DNA of 63,890 nt, filler included, from Octopus bimaculoides (GCF_001194135.2; 9 parts of 7 records of this genome joined end to end with filler, not necessarily neighbours in it), one strand, 5' to 3'. Shown: positions 50,622 to 62,763, counted from the whole stretch's first letter. The notes: generated by a model from the letters alone, not told the origin. Numbers and translations: made by a program.

Positions 50622-50718
50622 ATATACATATTTGTGGTTTGAGAGGGATTTGGCTGCTATTTCCAACAAGACTAGCCACCATGTAGAGGTATCTTTTGTC
50701 GCTTCATACATAGATATA

Positions 50719-50903
50719 CAGGGTGTCCACAAAGTCTGGGTACATGGAGTAAATAAAATCATAACATAAACAATTAAATATAAGAAATAATAATTTCTTA
50801 AAGTATGTGTTAATCCCCATGTGGGTACATGGAGTAAATAGAATCATAGCATAAACAGTTAAATATAAGAAATAATAATTTCTTAAAGTATGTGTTAATC
50901 CCC
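50719..50903 (+). mobile_element. Tc1/mariner-type left end with 85-bp tandem duplication
   Basis: TA|CAGGGTGTCCACAAAGTC terminus. Units 50737-50821 and 50822-50903 are nearly identical. Confidence 0.55.
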
Positions 50904-50932
50904 AAATCTCCCTCAGATCACTCCCTACTCTC

Positions 50933-51104
50933 AGCACCCACTACACTCTCGGAGTGGTTGGCGTTAGGAAGGGCATCCAGCTGTAGAAACTCTGCCAAAT
51001 CAGATTGGAGCCTGGTGTAGCCATCTGGTTTCACCAGTCCTCAGTCAAATCGTCCAACCCATGCTAGCATGGAAAGAGGACGTTAAACGACGATGATGAT
51101 GATG
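50933..51104 (+). mobile_element. Repeat family F5 3' part with (GAT)n tail
   Basis: ...ggaaagaggacgttaaacgacgatgatgatgat, aligning with 49016-49148. Confidence 0.8.
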
Positions 51105-51683
51105 AATGTGAATAAATAAGCATTACATTTGACAGAGTTATTGGAATACTAAAAGGTTAAGGAGGAGACAGAAAAGAAAACCCCGGTGGCAACTATTAGA
51201 AACACTTAGAGTCAAAGGGGGATAATTTGAAGCCTGTTTTTTTTCCATCGTTTGTGTTAAGTGAAACAAAACGTCTTTATTTGCCAGCAAGCTGGTAGCT
51301 ATGGATATATTTCTGGCCTGCTGGATCTATTTAGAGTAGATCGGATGAATAAATGTTTGAAACATGCTGTGATCAATATGTTACCAGCCCATATAAGCTT
51401 GCAAGTGACAGCTGTACTTATAGTGTGTATGTATGTATGTATGTCATTGTTCAGTTATATTTCAAGATTTCTTGCCGATTGAGAAAGAGCCGGTTTCTAA
51501 CCTAGATCCAAGCCTCCTTCATTGGGATTTTAAACAACATGAACAGGGTTTTTTTGTGCGTATGTATGTATATTGGCAGATGTGTATGTTTTGTTTTACG
51601 CATGTCTTCTCATGCATATGTATGTGTGCATATTTGTGCATATGTATGTATTTCTCTCTCTCCTCCTCGTCCTTTTCCTCCTC

Positions 51684-51770
51684 CTTGCCTTCCCGGTTGA
51701 GGGACGGTGGCGGAGCAATTGTCACGATAGACTCGGCGGACAGGCGGACTCGTCCCACACGTGATAGCAA
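51684..51770 (-). mobile_element. L1/Tx1-like ORF2 fragment
   Basis: Minus strand LLSRVGRVRLSAESIVTIAPPPSLNREGK, corresponding to the EQLLSHVRRI...CPPS...GFLCL region of the 53303-54185 element. Confidence 0.5.
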
Positions 51771-51807
51771 ATAGATAGATAGATAGGTAGGTAGGTAGGT
51801 AGTTAGG

Positions 51808-51855
<48 letters not shown>

Positions 51856-51856
51856 C

Positions 51857-51905
<49 letters not shown>
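51771..51905. repeat. (AGAT)n/(AGGT)n microsatellite between two LINE pieces
   Basis: About 135 bp tetranucleotide array. Confidence 0.95.
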
Positions 51906-52084
51906 CATTTCTTTTATTAGCCACACAGGGCTCAACGAAGATGGGACAAATACAATGTAGAGCTTTTCTTTTTGGGAGGGGGAAGGAAGGAAAAAAAAAA
52001 AAAATTGGTGGTGTCGATCAAAAGGGATCGTAGGAAGGGAAAAAGGAGCAGTTCGATCAAAAGGGATCGAAAAAAAAAGAGAAA
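51906..52084 (-). mobile_element. L1/Tx1-like 3' UTR
   Basis: Minus strand ends ccctgtgtggctaataaaagaaatg then (TATC)n, similar to the 3' end at 53303-53360 (cccttgtgacaaataagtgaaat). Confidence 0.5.
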
Positions 52085-52184
52085 NNNNNNNNNNNNNNNN
52101 NNNNNNNNNNNNNNNNNNNNNNNNNNNNTTAATTAATTAANNNNNNNNNNNNNNNNNNNNNNNNNNNNNNNNNNNNNNNNNNNN
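52085..52184. other. Artificial scaffold linker
   Basis: N44-TTAATTAATTAA-N44. Confidence 0.95.
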
Positions 52185-52467
52185 GAGATAACTCGAATGT
52201 GGAATCTAAAAACAGAAACAATTCCTATCATAGTAGGTGCCTTAGGTATAATAAAAAAATATTCAGACAAATACATAACAAAAACACCAGGACTTACAAA
52301 TATATATAACATACAGAAAATTGCACTACTGGGTACTGCACACATTCTACGCAAAACACTTTCAATACAGTAAACATAAGAGCACCACAGCAAACCACAG
52401 CACATACCCAAGGCGCACAGAGCTGCGCTCGGTAGTGAAGTGAAAGCACGTTATAAAAATAAAACTA

Positions 52468-52470
<3 letters not shown>
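52185..52470 (+). mobile_element. R4/Dong-like (REL-endonuclease) LINE 3' end, open frame running out of a gap
   Basis: 62 uninterrupted codons, EITRMWNLKTETIPIIVGALGIIKK...IQKIALLGTAHILRKTLSIQ* (stop 52371-52373), then 3' UTR and (AAT)n. Missed by the ORF track because it has no start codon. Confidence 0.8.
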
Positions 52471-52551
<81 letters not shown>

Positions 52552-53185
52552 ATTGTCCTGCATCTGTAACAGAGTGAATGAAACCATTGTCCATATCTTG
52601 AACGAATGCCCTAGACTTGCCCCAAACCACTACAAGTTGTGGCGACACGATCAGGTATCGAAAGTGCAACATTGCATAGAGAGAGGTAAGACGTGGTATG
52701 AGCACAAACCACAGAGAGTGGCGGAGTCAGAGACTAGCAGAATCGTCTGGTATTTCCAATCCGAACAGATCAGGTGCTAGAGTATAACAGACCGGACCTA
52801 GTGGTGGTGGACAAGGTGCACCACATATGCTATATAGTTGATGTTGCGAGCCCTTTTGACCCACGAATAGTCAAGAAGAAAGGCGAAAAGATAATTAGAT
52901 ACAAACCACTTGTGTAAGAAATAGCCCGGCTCTGGAAAATGAAGAAAGTGAAGACAATGCCAATTATTGTTGGGTCCTTGGGGATAGTATTAGAATGAAT
53001 CAAGTGGAATATAAAGGAAATTGGAATAGAGTGCCCAGGAGAAATGTTATACGGCCAGAATAGTCAGGAAAGTATTAGATAGCTGAAAAGGACAAATAGC
53101 GTGGTACCGTAGGCTTCAGGTAGTAAGGTCGCAACGCATGCAAGACTCCAGGAGCTCCAAACAGAATCTGTGATAAAAAGGAAAT
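52552..53185 (+). mobile_element. R4/Dong-like LINE 3' fragment with CCHC knuckle and PD-(D/E)xK endonuclease
   Basis: CNRVNETIVHILNECPRLAPNHYKLWRHDQV...WYEHKP...NRPDLVVVDK...IVDVASPFD...EKIIRYKPL...PIIVGSLG...TARIVRKVLDS*. Contains frameshifts and stops. Confidence 0.85.
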
Positions 53186-53250
53186 AATGATGATAATAAC
53201 AACAACAACAACAACAACAACAACAATAATAATAACAACAACAACAACGA

Positions 53251-53281
<31 letters not shown>

Positions 53282-53302
53282 AAGAAGAAGAAGAAGAAGA
53301 AG

Positions 53303-54185
53303 GATAATGATTTCACTTATTTGTCACAAGGGTGAAAGTTAAGGGGAACAGTACAAAAACTGACATAAAGTGTTGGGGTATAAATATAATAAAATGATAA
53401 AAAAGAAAGAAACTATACACAGTATACAATGAAAAGAGAAGGGACATATGGATAGCATACAAAGGTCTAAAAAACTGTGGCGGGGATGATGATAGAGTTG
53501 TGGCCCTCCTGATACTGGAAGTCCTCTAGGGATAATCGAGGAACTCTACTGTCCGAGATTTCTCTGAAACCCTTGCAGCAAGGACCATCTCCAGTTTCTT
53601 CTCTTCGACTCACAGGTCTACACTTAGAGCGGTACCATCCACTTCTGCCATTTTCGCAACTTTCACCCACCTTTCAATAAACTCAGTCGAGGACAGCACC
53701 TCCCTCTCTATTCTCAATTTCCTTTTCAAGTGAAACTTGATGAAGTCAATGGGAGCTCTACCAAAGAGGAACGTATCTGTCTTCTTGCGGTTTAGCCTTG
53801 ACCACCAAACAACCTCTTTCGCCACAGGCAACAGGCAAAGGAAACCTACGTTGCCTGCCCCTTTGAAGGAGGGCAGATCCGTCGCACATGTGACAACAGC
53901 TGTTCGACATAACCACACAAGTCAGCAGTGCTGAACGAGGGCGTGCAGAACGTATTCGTCACAGTGTGCGCACCTTGACAGTACATCCGTGCCTGTAGAG
54001 TTTATCTCGAACGGGTACCCCCCACTCCCGGTAGCACTTCCAGGCCAAGGACAACTGGAAATTATCCGTGATAATACCCGACCGGCAAATCCTCCGGACC
54101 AGACTAGCCAGTTAATTCTGGTCGGCGCCCAGGGTCTCCCCGAGAACGTCGTCGCAATTCTACGCCACAGAACTGCTATGAATTT
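53303..54185 (-). mobile_element. L1/Tx1-like LINE 3' fragment (zf-RVT region, C-terminus, 3' UTR)
   Basis: Minus strand DNFQLSLAWKCYR / PVRDKLYRHG / EYVLHA / YVEQLLSH / FLCLLPVAKEVVWWSR...IKFHLKRKLRIERE...FIERW, with frameshifts. 3' end abuts (TTC)n. Confidence 0.65.
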
Positions 54186-54196
54186 CTAAAATGGAA

Positions 54197-54330
54197 CATC
54201 CACCGATCCCATTGCCTTCGAAACGCGTAGTAGATGGAGCAGGGACAACTGATGAAGGGAAATATTCTTTATGTCGCATATCTCGTCTCTCTGTTTTTTT
54301 ATTTTTCGTTGTTAAAAAAAGTTCGTTTTC
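54197..54330 (+). mobile_element. Dispersed repeat with hammerhead-like motifs (possible Penelope pseudo-LTR), copy 1
   Basis: ttcgaaacgcgtagtagatggagcagggacaactgatgaagggaaatattctttatg, homologous to 55561-55660. Confidence 0.45.
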
Positions 54331-54488
54331 TGTTTTCGTTTATGATTGTGTTTAACGTTTTGTTTTTTGTGATGTCCTGTACCCATATATGCATGTATGT
54401 ATACATGTAGATGTAGATATGTACATATATGTATGGATATATGCATATATATATATATATATATATATATGTGAGTGTGTGTGTGCGT

Positions 54489-54586
<98 letters not shown>

Positions 54587-55560
54587 CCTTAGCACTGACA
54601 GTGTCAGTGCTAAGGATTATCTGTGTATTTTGACTGATAAGGTACATTATACATTGAAAACATTTCCCCCTGATGACAGATTGAATTTCAGTGACAATAA
54701 TAAGCTGAAATGATTAAAAGTAAAATATACAACTTCAATTGCTTCTTTCTCCGAATCAGCAGATATCAAAATAATCGCTCATTTATGATGCAGTTGCGTG
54801 TGGCAAGTGAGACGCCGCTTTCCTCAATCGTTGTTGCTCAATAGATTCAAAGCAAACATCACTTGAAGAATGGTTCCACATTCCCCACAAAGAACTGTCT
54901 AGAAATTGTACAAGTGAATTTCCTCGAAGTATGAAGGATGTAATTGATATCAAAGTTACACCAACACCAGTAATAAAACCGCCATTTAACAAGGTGTTTC
55001 AATTAATGTGTCCAACAAGAATATATATAGATATATATATAAGTAATAGTTTAATGTGGTCAAGAACGCGAGGCGTTCGATTATAAATAAATGAAATGAA
55101 AACTACACATTGTTTACAGGAAATCAACCACTCATCGGGTTGGATGTCATTTTTCTCGGCTCCCGACATTTTTTTTCTACTATTTTCTTCTCTTTTTCGT
55201 TGAAAAAAATTTCTCCCATGCGTTACTCATTACAATTCGTCTTGGTCTAACGGCCCTTGATATTTGTCTTCGACAATTGTTTACTCTGTGCGTCCACTTT
55301 GTCGTTGTTTGTTCGTTGGAAGCTCTAACTGTCCTTGAATTTTATATTTTAAAAATTTCCGGATGCTGCTGTCTCATGAAGTTCCTTATATTGTCGTTGA
55401 AAGCATAAAATAGGGAGGAATAAACAGTCCCACAACTTATGAGGAGTTATCTTCTTCCGGTATTTTGTCCTGTACTTATCTCTCGTGTGTTTACGTATTT
55501 TTCACTAGTTGGTGATGTCCAGTTCTTAATGTGTATTTTGCTATTATATATATATATATA

Positions 55561-55660
55561 TTCGAAACGTGGAGTAGATAGAACAGGGAACATCTGATGA
55601 AGGGAATGTTGTTTATGTTACCTGTCTCGTTTCTCATTTTGTTCACGTTGTTTTGACATC
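55561..55660 (+). mobile_element. Same repeat, copy 2
   Basis: ttcgaaacgtggagtagatagaacagggaacatctgatgaagggaatgttgtttatg. Confidence 0.45.
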
Positions 55661-56441
55661 GTGTATCTATATAAGCATATATATACGTAGATAAGCAGGT
55701 ATGTACATATGTATGTATATATGCATATATATATATATATATATATATANNNNNNNNNNNNNNNNNNNNNNNNNNNNNNNNNNNNNNNNNNNNNNNNNNN
55801 NNNNNNNNNNNNNNNNNNNNNNNNNNNNNNNNNNNNNNNNNNNNNNNNNNNNNNNNNNNNNNNNNNNNNNNNNNNNNNNNNNNNNNNNNNNNNNNNNNNN
55901 NNNNNNNNNNNNNNNNNNNNNNNNNNNNNNNNNNNNNNNNNNNNNNNNNNNNNNNNNNNNNNNNNNNNNNNNNNNNNNNNNNNNNNNNNNNNNNNNNNNN
56001 NNNNNNNNNNNNNNNNNNNNNNNNNNNNNNNNNNNNNNNNNNNNNNNNNNNNNNNNNNNNNNNNNNNNNNNNNNNNNNNNNNNNNNNNNNNNNNNNNNNN
56101 NNNNNNNNNNNNNNNNNNNNNNNNNNNNNNNNNNNNNNNNNNNNNNNNNNNNNNNNNNNNNNNNNNNNNNNNNNNNNNNNNNNNNNNNNNNNNNNNNNNN
56201 NNNNNNNNNNNNNNNNNNNNNNNNNNNNNNNNNNNNNNNNNNNNNNNNNNNNNNNNNNNNNNNNNNNNNNNNNNNNNNNNNNNNNNNNNNNNNNNNNNNN
56301 NNNNNNNNNNNNNNNNNNNNNNNNNNNNNNNNNNNNNNNNNNNNNNNNNNNNNNNNNNNNNNNNNNNNNNNNNNNNNNNNNNNNNNNNNNNNNNNNNNNN
56401 NNNNNNNNNNNNNNNNNNNNNNNNNNNNNNNNNNNNNNNNN

Positions 56442-56495
<54 letters not shown>

Positions 56496-56990
56496 GGATC
56501 GAGTGCAATTTCGGCCATCATCAATACTATTGCTTCCACTCTGGAGGCACCGGAAAGAAATTTCCCTTGAATGGGAATCAGAACATAACAAATCGAGACG
56601 GACTCGAGACGGGACCGTTAGTGGACTGACGAGTGACAGAACAGTAAACAGAATAAACATATATATGTATCGGACGGGCTTCCACAGAGTTTCCGTCTAT
56701 CAAATTCACTCGCAGGCCATTGGTCGGCCCGGGACTATACTAGAAGCTACTTATTCACAATAGGATTGAACGAGAAACATCTTGGTTGCAATCTGACCTT
56801 CTAAACTTCACATCCATGCCTTGGCCTATAATATTTAACCAGATGTAGATGAAGGTACGGACAAGTGGATATTGATTAAGAATAGATTAAAAAATCGCTA
56901 GACATGTATTTAGATAAGTAGCTAGACATACGCAGCACGGAAACGCATAAACATCCATACTTATATACGTTCATCGATATACGTTCATCT

Positions 56991-57156
56991 AGGCGCAGGA
57001 GTGGCTATATGGTAAGTAGCTTGCTTACCAGCCACATGGTTCTGTTTTCATTCCAACTGCGTGTCACCTTGGGCAAGTGTCTTCTACTATAGCCTCGGGC
57101 AGACCAAAGTCTTGTGAGTGGATTTGGTAGTCGGAAACTGAAAGAAGCCCTTCGTA

Positions 57157-57199
<43 letters not shown>

Positions 57200-57300
57200 N
57201 NNNNNNNNNNNNNNNNNNNNNNNNNNNNNNNNNNNNNNNNNNNNNNNNNNNNNNNNNNNNNNNNNNNNNNNNNNNNNNNNNNNNNNNNNNNNNNNNNNNN

Positions 57301-57336
<36 letters not shown>

Positions 57337-57537
57337 TGTATGTATGTGTGTGTGTATATATGTTTGTGTGTCTGTGGTTTTTTTCTCCCTACTATCGCTT
57401 GACAACCGATGGTTACGTTCCCGTAACCTAGCGGTTCGGTAAAAGTGACCGATAGAATAAGTTTTGGGGTGGATTTTCTCGACTAAAGACGGTGCTCCAG
57501 CATGGCCGCACTAAAATGACTGAAACAAGTAAAAGAG
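56991..57537 (+). mobile_element. SINE F1, full length; an assembly gap lies inside its internal microsatellite
   Basis: Head aggcgcaggagtggc at 56991, spacer 57155-57380 including about 101 N, tail gactgaaacaagtaaaagagag. Confidence 0.9.
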
Positions 57538-57906
57538 AGAGAAAGAGAGAGATATACATACACATATACATGCGTACATACCTATAAGTAAGCATACATT
57601 CATATATGTGTGTGTGTATGTGTAAAGATAAGTAGATTGTGTTGAAGAGGCAGAAAGGCAGACATGGTGATAATTAGAATAGAGATTGATAGATATGTAA
57701 AGAAAGAGTTCTGATGGTGGTACTGGTGATGGTGGGGGAACATATAGAGAAAGAAAGGTAGATGAACTGACAGATTATATACAGCCACAATGTATAGATA
57801 AATAGATATATAGATATATATTCTGAATTACAGGAAATGGACCGCATCTCATTTTACGAAAAGCAGATAAGTAAATGTCAATGTGTGAATGTGAGGGAGA
57901 CAAAGA

Positions 57907-57941
<35 letters not shown>

Positions 57942-58753
57942 TGCATGTGTACGTGCACGTATGACTGTGTGTCTGTGTCATTTTTAACAGCTACATACGA
58001 ATATGTTCAAATGTACGTTTGCACATTCGTTGGACGTATGTGTGTGTATGTATGTGTATATGCGCGCGCTTGTGTGTCTTATAAGTTCTTCTAAACATGT
58101 AAACATCCATGCATAACATTTAATATTTTTCGCTACGTATATGCTTACTCATTTATTATGCTACAAACCATCTCTGAAATTGTAGAAACCAGTCATGTGA
58201 TCAGAGGTTTTCGTGTCTCGCAGTGGTTGAGACGGAATAACTCCAAGACAACATCAGATATTTACTCAGTGCTTGCATATTCAGCACTTTTTTCTTCTCC
58301 AGTGTAAATTCAAACTTAGGCACTTATGAGATCATGTAAGAATTAACACTTTTGTTTCCAATACCATCACATATGTATCAGTTATTTTCGCATCCTAACC
58401 AATGCATCTATCTATATTCGCATTCTGAAGAGATTTACTTAAACCAGTAAATTGAAACGATCGTAAATGCTAACTTCATCTCTGCTTCATCCTTCTTTGT
58501 TATCGAATTAATTAAAGACATACCAGCAAAAAGCATTAGCTCCCCAATGCTATTATATCCATTATATCCATTATATCCATAAGAGTGAAAAAACTACAGA
58601 AGGCTTGTGTTACATGGTTAAGGTATATATTTAAATTATGTCACAAAAATGTTATAAAATATTTTTGGTATATAAACATTGTATTAAACACACGCACACA
58701 TACACACACATACATACATACATACATACATACACACATACACACACACACAT

Positions 58754-58853
58754 NNNNNNNNNNNNNNNNNNNNNNNNNNNNNNNNNNNNNNNNNNNNTTA
58801 ATTAATTAANNNNNNNNNNNNNNNNNNNNNNNNNNNNNNNNNNNNNNNNNNNN
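58754..58853. other. Artificial scaffold linker
   Basis: N44-TTAATTAATTAA-N44. Confidence 0.95.
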
Positions 58854-59124
58854 ATCTATCTATCTATCTATCTATACACACACAAATTCACATCGTGTAC
58901 AGTGTAGACAAGCATGTTGTGTCAATATTTGTCATGAAATTTGTCGGTGTATTCAAATGAAATAAACAATTTGGGCAAGAAATTAGCATCATTCTAACGC
59001 AATTCACGCACCCACAAACCCCCACACACGTATCTGTATATACATGGAAATATATAAATATACATAGTAACTATATATATCTGTATCCGTCTGTGCGACG
59101 TACGTACTTACGTACGTATGTATG

Positions 59125-59165
<41 letters not shown>

Positions 59166-59552
59166 GCCTGTGTCTCCCTATCTTTGTGTGTGTGTTTGTG
59201 AATATATTTGTGGAGTGTCCATTTGTATTTGATTCAACTCGCTCGAGGTGCAGACAATAACGCATCGGAGTTTGAAACTAAGAAATGCGGAGCCAGATTG
59301 TAACAAGTCTTTTCATCGTGTGTCACTGCTCTTTCTCCTGTTATTACATTTAATCTTCCTAATTTCTGTTGATTCTCTCCTTATCCAGTAAACATGTTGT
59401 TACAATAACATCACACCAGCAGCCTGATGTCTTAGTGATGTTTCAAGTGCGTTGTGTTATATTACATTAATGTATGGAGGCACGTACATACCCATTGATA
59501 TACAGACATACGGGAACACTGATCAACTCATACAGATACATGCATACGCAAA

Positions 59553-59610
<58 letters not shown>

Positions 59611-59919
59611 NNNNNNNNNNCAAATATGTTTGAGGGTGTTTTTGCACATGCATACCTACCTACCTACCTACCTACCTACCTACCTACCTACCTACCTACC
59701 TACATACATACATACATACATACATACATACATAAATGCATATATACAATCATGCAAACATACATATATATCTATCTATATCTATATATCAACATATATA
59801 TATATATATATATATATATCAACATATATTCATATATATGCACGCATGTTCGTGTGTCTATCTATCTATCTATCTATCTATCTATCCATACATACATACA
59901 TATATGTATACATATACAT

Positions 59920-59988
<69 letters not shown>

Positions 59989-60329
59989 NNNNNNNNNNNN
60001 NNNNNNNNNNNNNNNNNNNNNNNNNNNNNNNNNNNNNNNNNNNNNNNNNNNNNNNNNNNNNNNNNNNNNNNNNNNNNNATATATATATATATATATATAT
60101 ATATGTACCTAAGCAAACGGGCATATTTTTCCATATTTGCAGATAAGTATATTTGAAGAAAAATATGTATTGTATACACACACACACACATATATATATA
60201 TGTATATATATATGTATATATATATACACATATATATACATATACATAGACATACATGTATGTATGTATGCAAGTATGTATTATATATATATATGTGCGT
60301 GTGTGTACGTATACATTATTTATTACACA

Positions 60330-60367
<38 letters not shown>

Positions 60368-61135
60368 TAAATGTTTGTGTGCGTGTGTTACATAAGTATG
60401 ATGTATTATAACTTCTATCCAACAACATGAAACTTTGCACCCTGATGACTTTTGTTTGTCAGAGGAAGAAAGTTCGTGTATATACTTAGATGAGTTAACA
60501 AATGGCGCTGGGTTGGTGAAATTGATGGCGTGACGGATAAAAGTAACACACCGGTTTTCACTTTTTGTGCCTTCACGCTTTCTGTTCGAATCTCACCAAG
60601 GCTGAGTGAAATTTTTTACTTTTCCGGAGTTGAGTAAATCGCTACCACTCGAGTACCAGTGTCGATGAAATTAATAGTACCCTCTGTCATGTTGTGTTAT
60701 GTATATATCAACGTTATTTAAGGGGATATTATAAAGAGGGTGCCATAGTAAGGAGATTTTATAAATAGGGTGCCACAGAGAAGGTTTGAATTGAAAGTAT
60801 CGAATTTTGTAGAATGGTACCACGAGAACAGATGTACTAATTAACAAAAGAATAAATATTGATAACAGAAAACAAATATTTCAATTGGTAGCTTAATAAA
60901 ACTATAACGCAAACAGATGAAAGAAACAATAACTGAAAATAAAGCTTACAATTGTATAGAATCGTAATTGAAAAAATATAAAAAGGAAAGACAAAACAAC
61001 AACGACAAGAACAACATTAACAAGAAGACCTAAAGCCGTACAAGTGATATTGTTATTATCATAATGAAATATAGTGTTTTGAGAAAAACATACGAGGCTT
61101 TGGTGAAAAGTTGATAGGCTGACCAAGATCTAAAC

Positions 61136-61436
61136 TGGTACTCCGTCGGTTACGACGACGAGGGTTCCAGTTAATCCGATCCACAGAGCAACCTGCTCGC
61201 GAAATTAACGTGTAAATGGTTGAGCACTCCACAGACACGCGTAATCCTTAACGGAGATTCAGCATGGCATAAAATGTGACAACGCTGGTCCTTTGAATTA
61301 CAGGTACTACTCACTTTTGCCAGCTGAGTGGACTGGAGCAACGTGAAATATAGACCACAACGTGTCGCCGGGAATTGAACCCATGATCTTACGATTGTGA
61401 TCCGAATAACCTAACCACTAAGCCGCGCATCTGCAC
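61136..61436 (-). mobile_element. tRNA-derived SINE (F3/F4-related head, distinct tail)
   Basis: Minus strand gtgcagatgcgcggcttagtggttagg...gggttcaattcccgg...cacgttgctccagtccactcagctgg...cctcgtcgtcgtaaccgacggagtacca. A 15-bp direct repeat flanks 61078-61436. Confidence 0.8.
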
Positions 61437-61451
61437 AATGAAATATAGTGT

Positions 61452-61551
61452 NNNNNNNNNNNNNNNNNNNNNNNNNNNNNNNNNNNNNNNNNNNNTTAAT
61501 TAATTAANNNNNNNNNNNNNNNNNNNNNNNNNNNNNNNNNNNNNNNNNNNN
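61452..61551. other. Artificial scaffold linker
   Basis: N44-TTAATTAATTAA-N44. Confidence 0.95.
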
Positions 61552-61584
<33 letters not shown>

Positions 61585-61605
61585 GTATATATATATATAT
61601 ATATA

Positions 61606-61768
61606 GACAGGCTTCTTTCAGTTTCCGTCTACCAACTTCATTCACAAGGCCTTGGTCGGTCTGAGGCTATAACAGAAGACACTTGCTCAAGGTGACACAA
61701 AGTGGGACTGAATCCGGAACCAAGTGGTTTGAAAGCAAGCTAGTCACCTCACAGCCACTCCTGCGCCT
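61606..61768 (-). mobile_element. SINE F1 left arm ending in (TA)n at a contig edge
   Basis: ggcttctttcagtttccgtctacc...gaagacacttgctcaagg...acagccactcctgcgcct. Confidence 0.85.
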
Positions 61769-62618
61769 GTGAAGCTGTTTGAAAAGGGTCAAAGATATAG
61801 GAGTGGCATTTGCAATCGATAAGGTGAGGGGAGTGCAGAAGTGGGATGTGGAAGATGATGGATTTTCGGGCGAATAGCAGGCTTAGTTTTGCCCGTCGAG
61901 TAGCGCGTTGTAATTTAATTTTAAAATCCAAGGACGGCAGGGGAAGTGGGAAATATTAGTAGTAGCTTAAATCTGAGATTTCAAGATTGCGTCGTAGCGT
62001 GCAAGCGCGTATATTTTGTGCGTCTGTATGATCTAGTAGATGAGTTCGCGTCCGTGAGATGAGTGTAGGAATTAAAAATTTAATGGATAATGAAAACTGG
62101 TGAGGAATATAAAAACAATATAAAATAAAAGTTTAAAAAATATAATGACAGTTAAGAAGTTGTTCGATGTAAAAAATATATATGGAAGGGTATCAGTAGT
62201 GGGTATGAGAGGTAGTTAGGGGCTGAGGCGGGGATGGAGTATGGAGATGATGTTATTTCTATTTAGAGAATGAATTACATAATTTGTTCCGACAAGTAAG
62301 CGTTCTGTTAACCTTTCGCTTATATTGGATTAAGCGCTGAAGCTTTTTGAAACATTTTTCTTTGCGTTCAACTTCCTGATTATTCAAATGACTGTAGTGA
62401 ATAACTATCATGAATATACTAATGCGAAATTTTAAGACATATATCAAAGTACTTTTGCGTAAGATGTGTTAAAGATGTCTGTTACATACCTCTAAATCTT
62501 AATTTTCTTCTATTTTTGTTAGTGTTACTTGCTCTGATATTGCCGTTGGATTATTATAGCCATGAAGTACAACTAAGCAAAGAAAAGTGATGCATACATA
62601 CATACATACATGCATAGA

Positions 62619-62651
<33 letters not shown>

Positions 62652-62668
62652 GTATATGCTTGTGTGTG

Positions 62669-62763
<95 letters not shown>

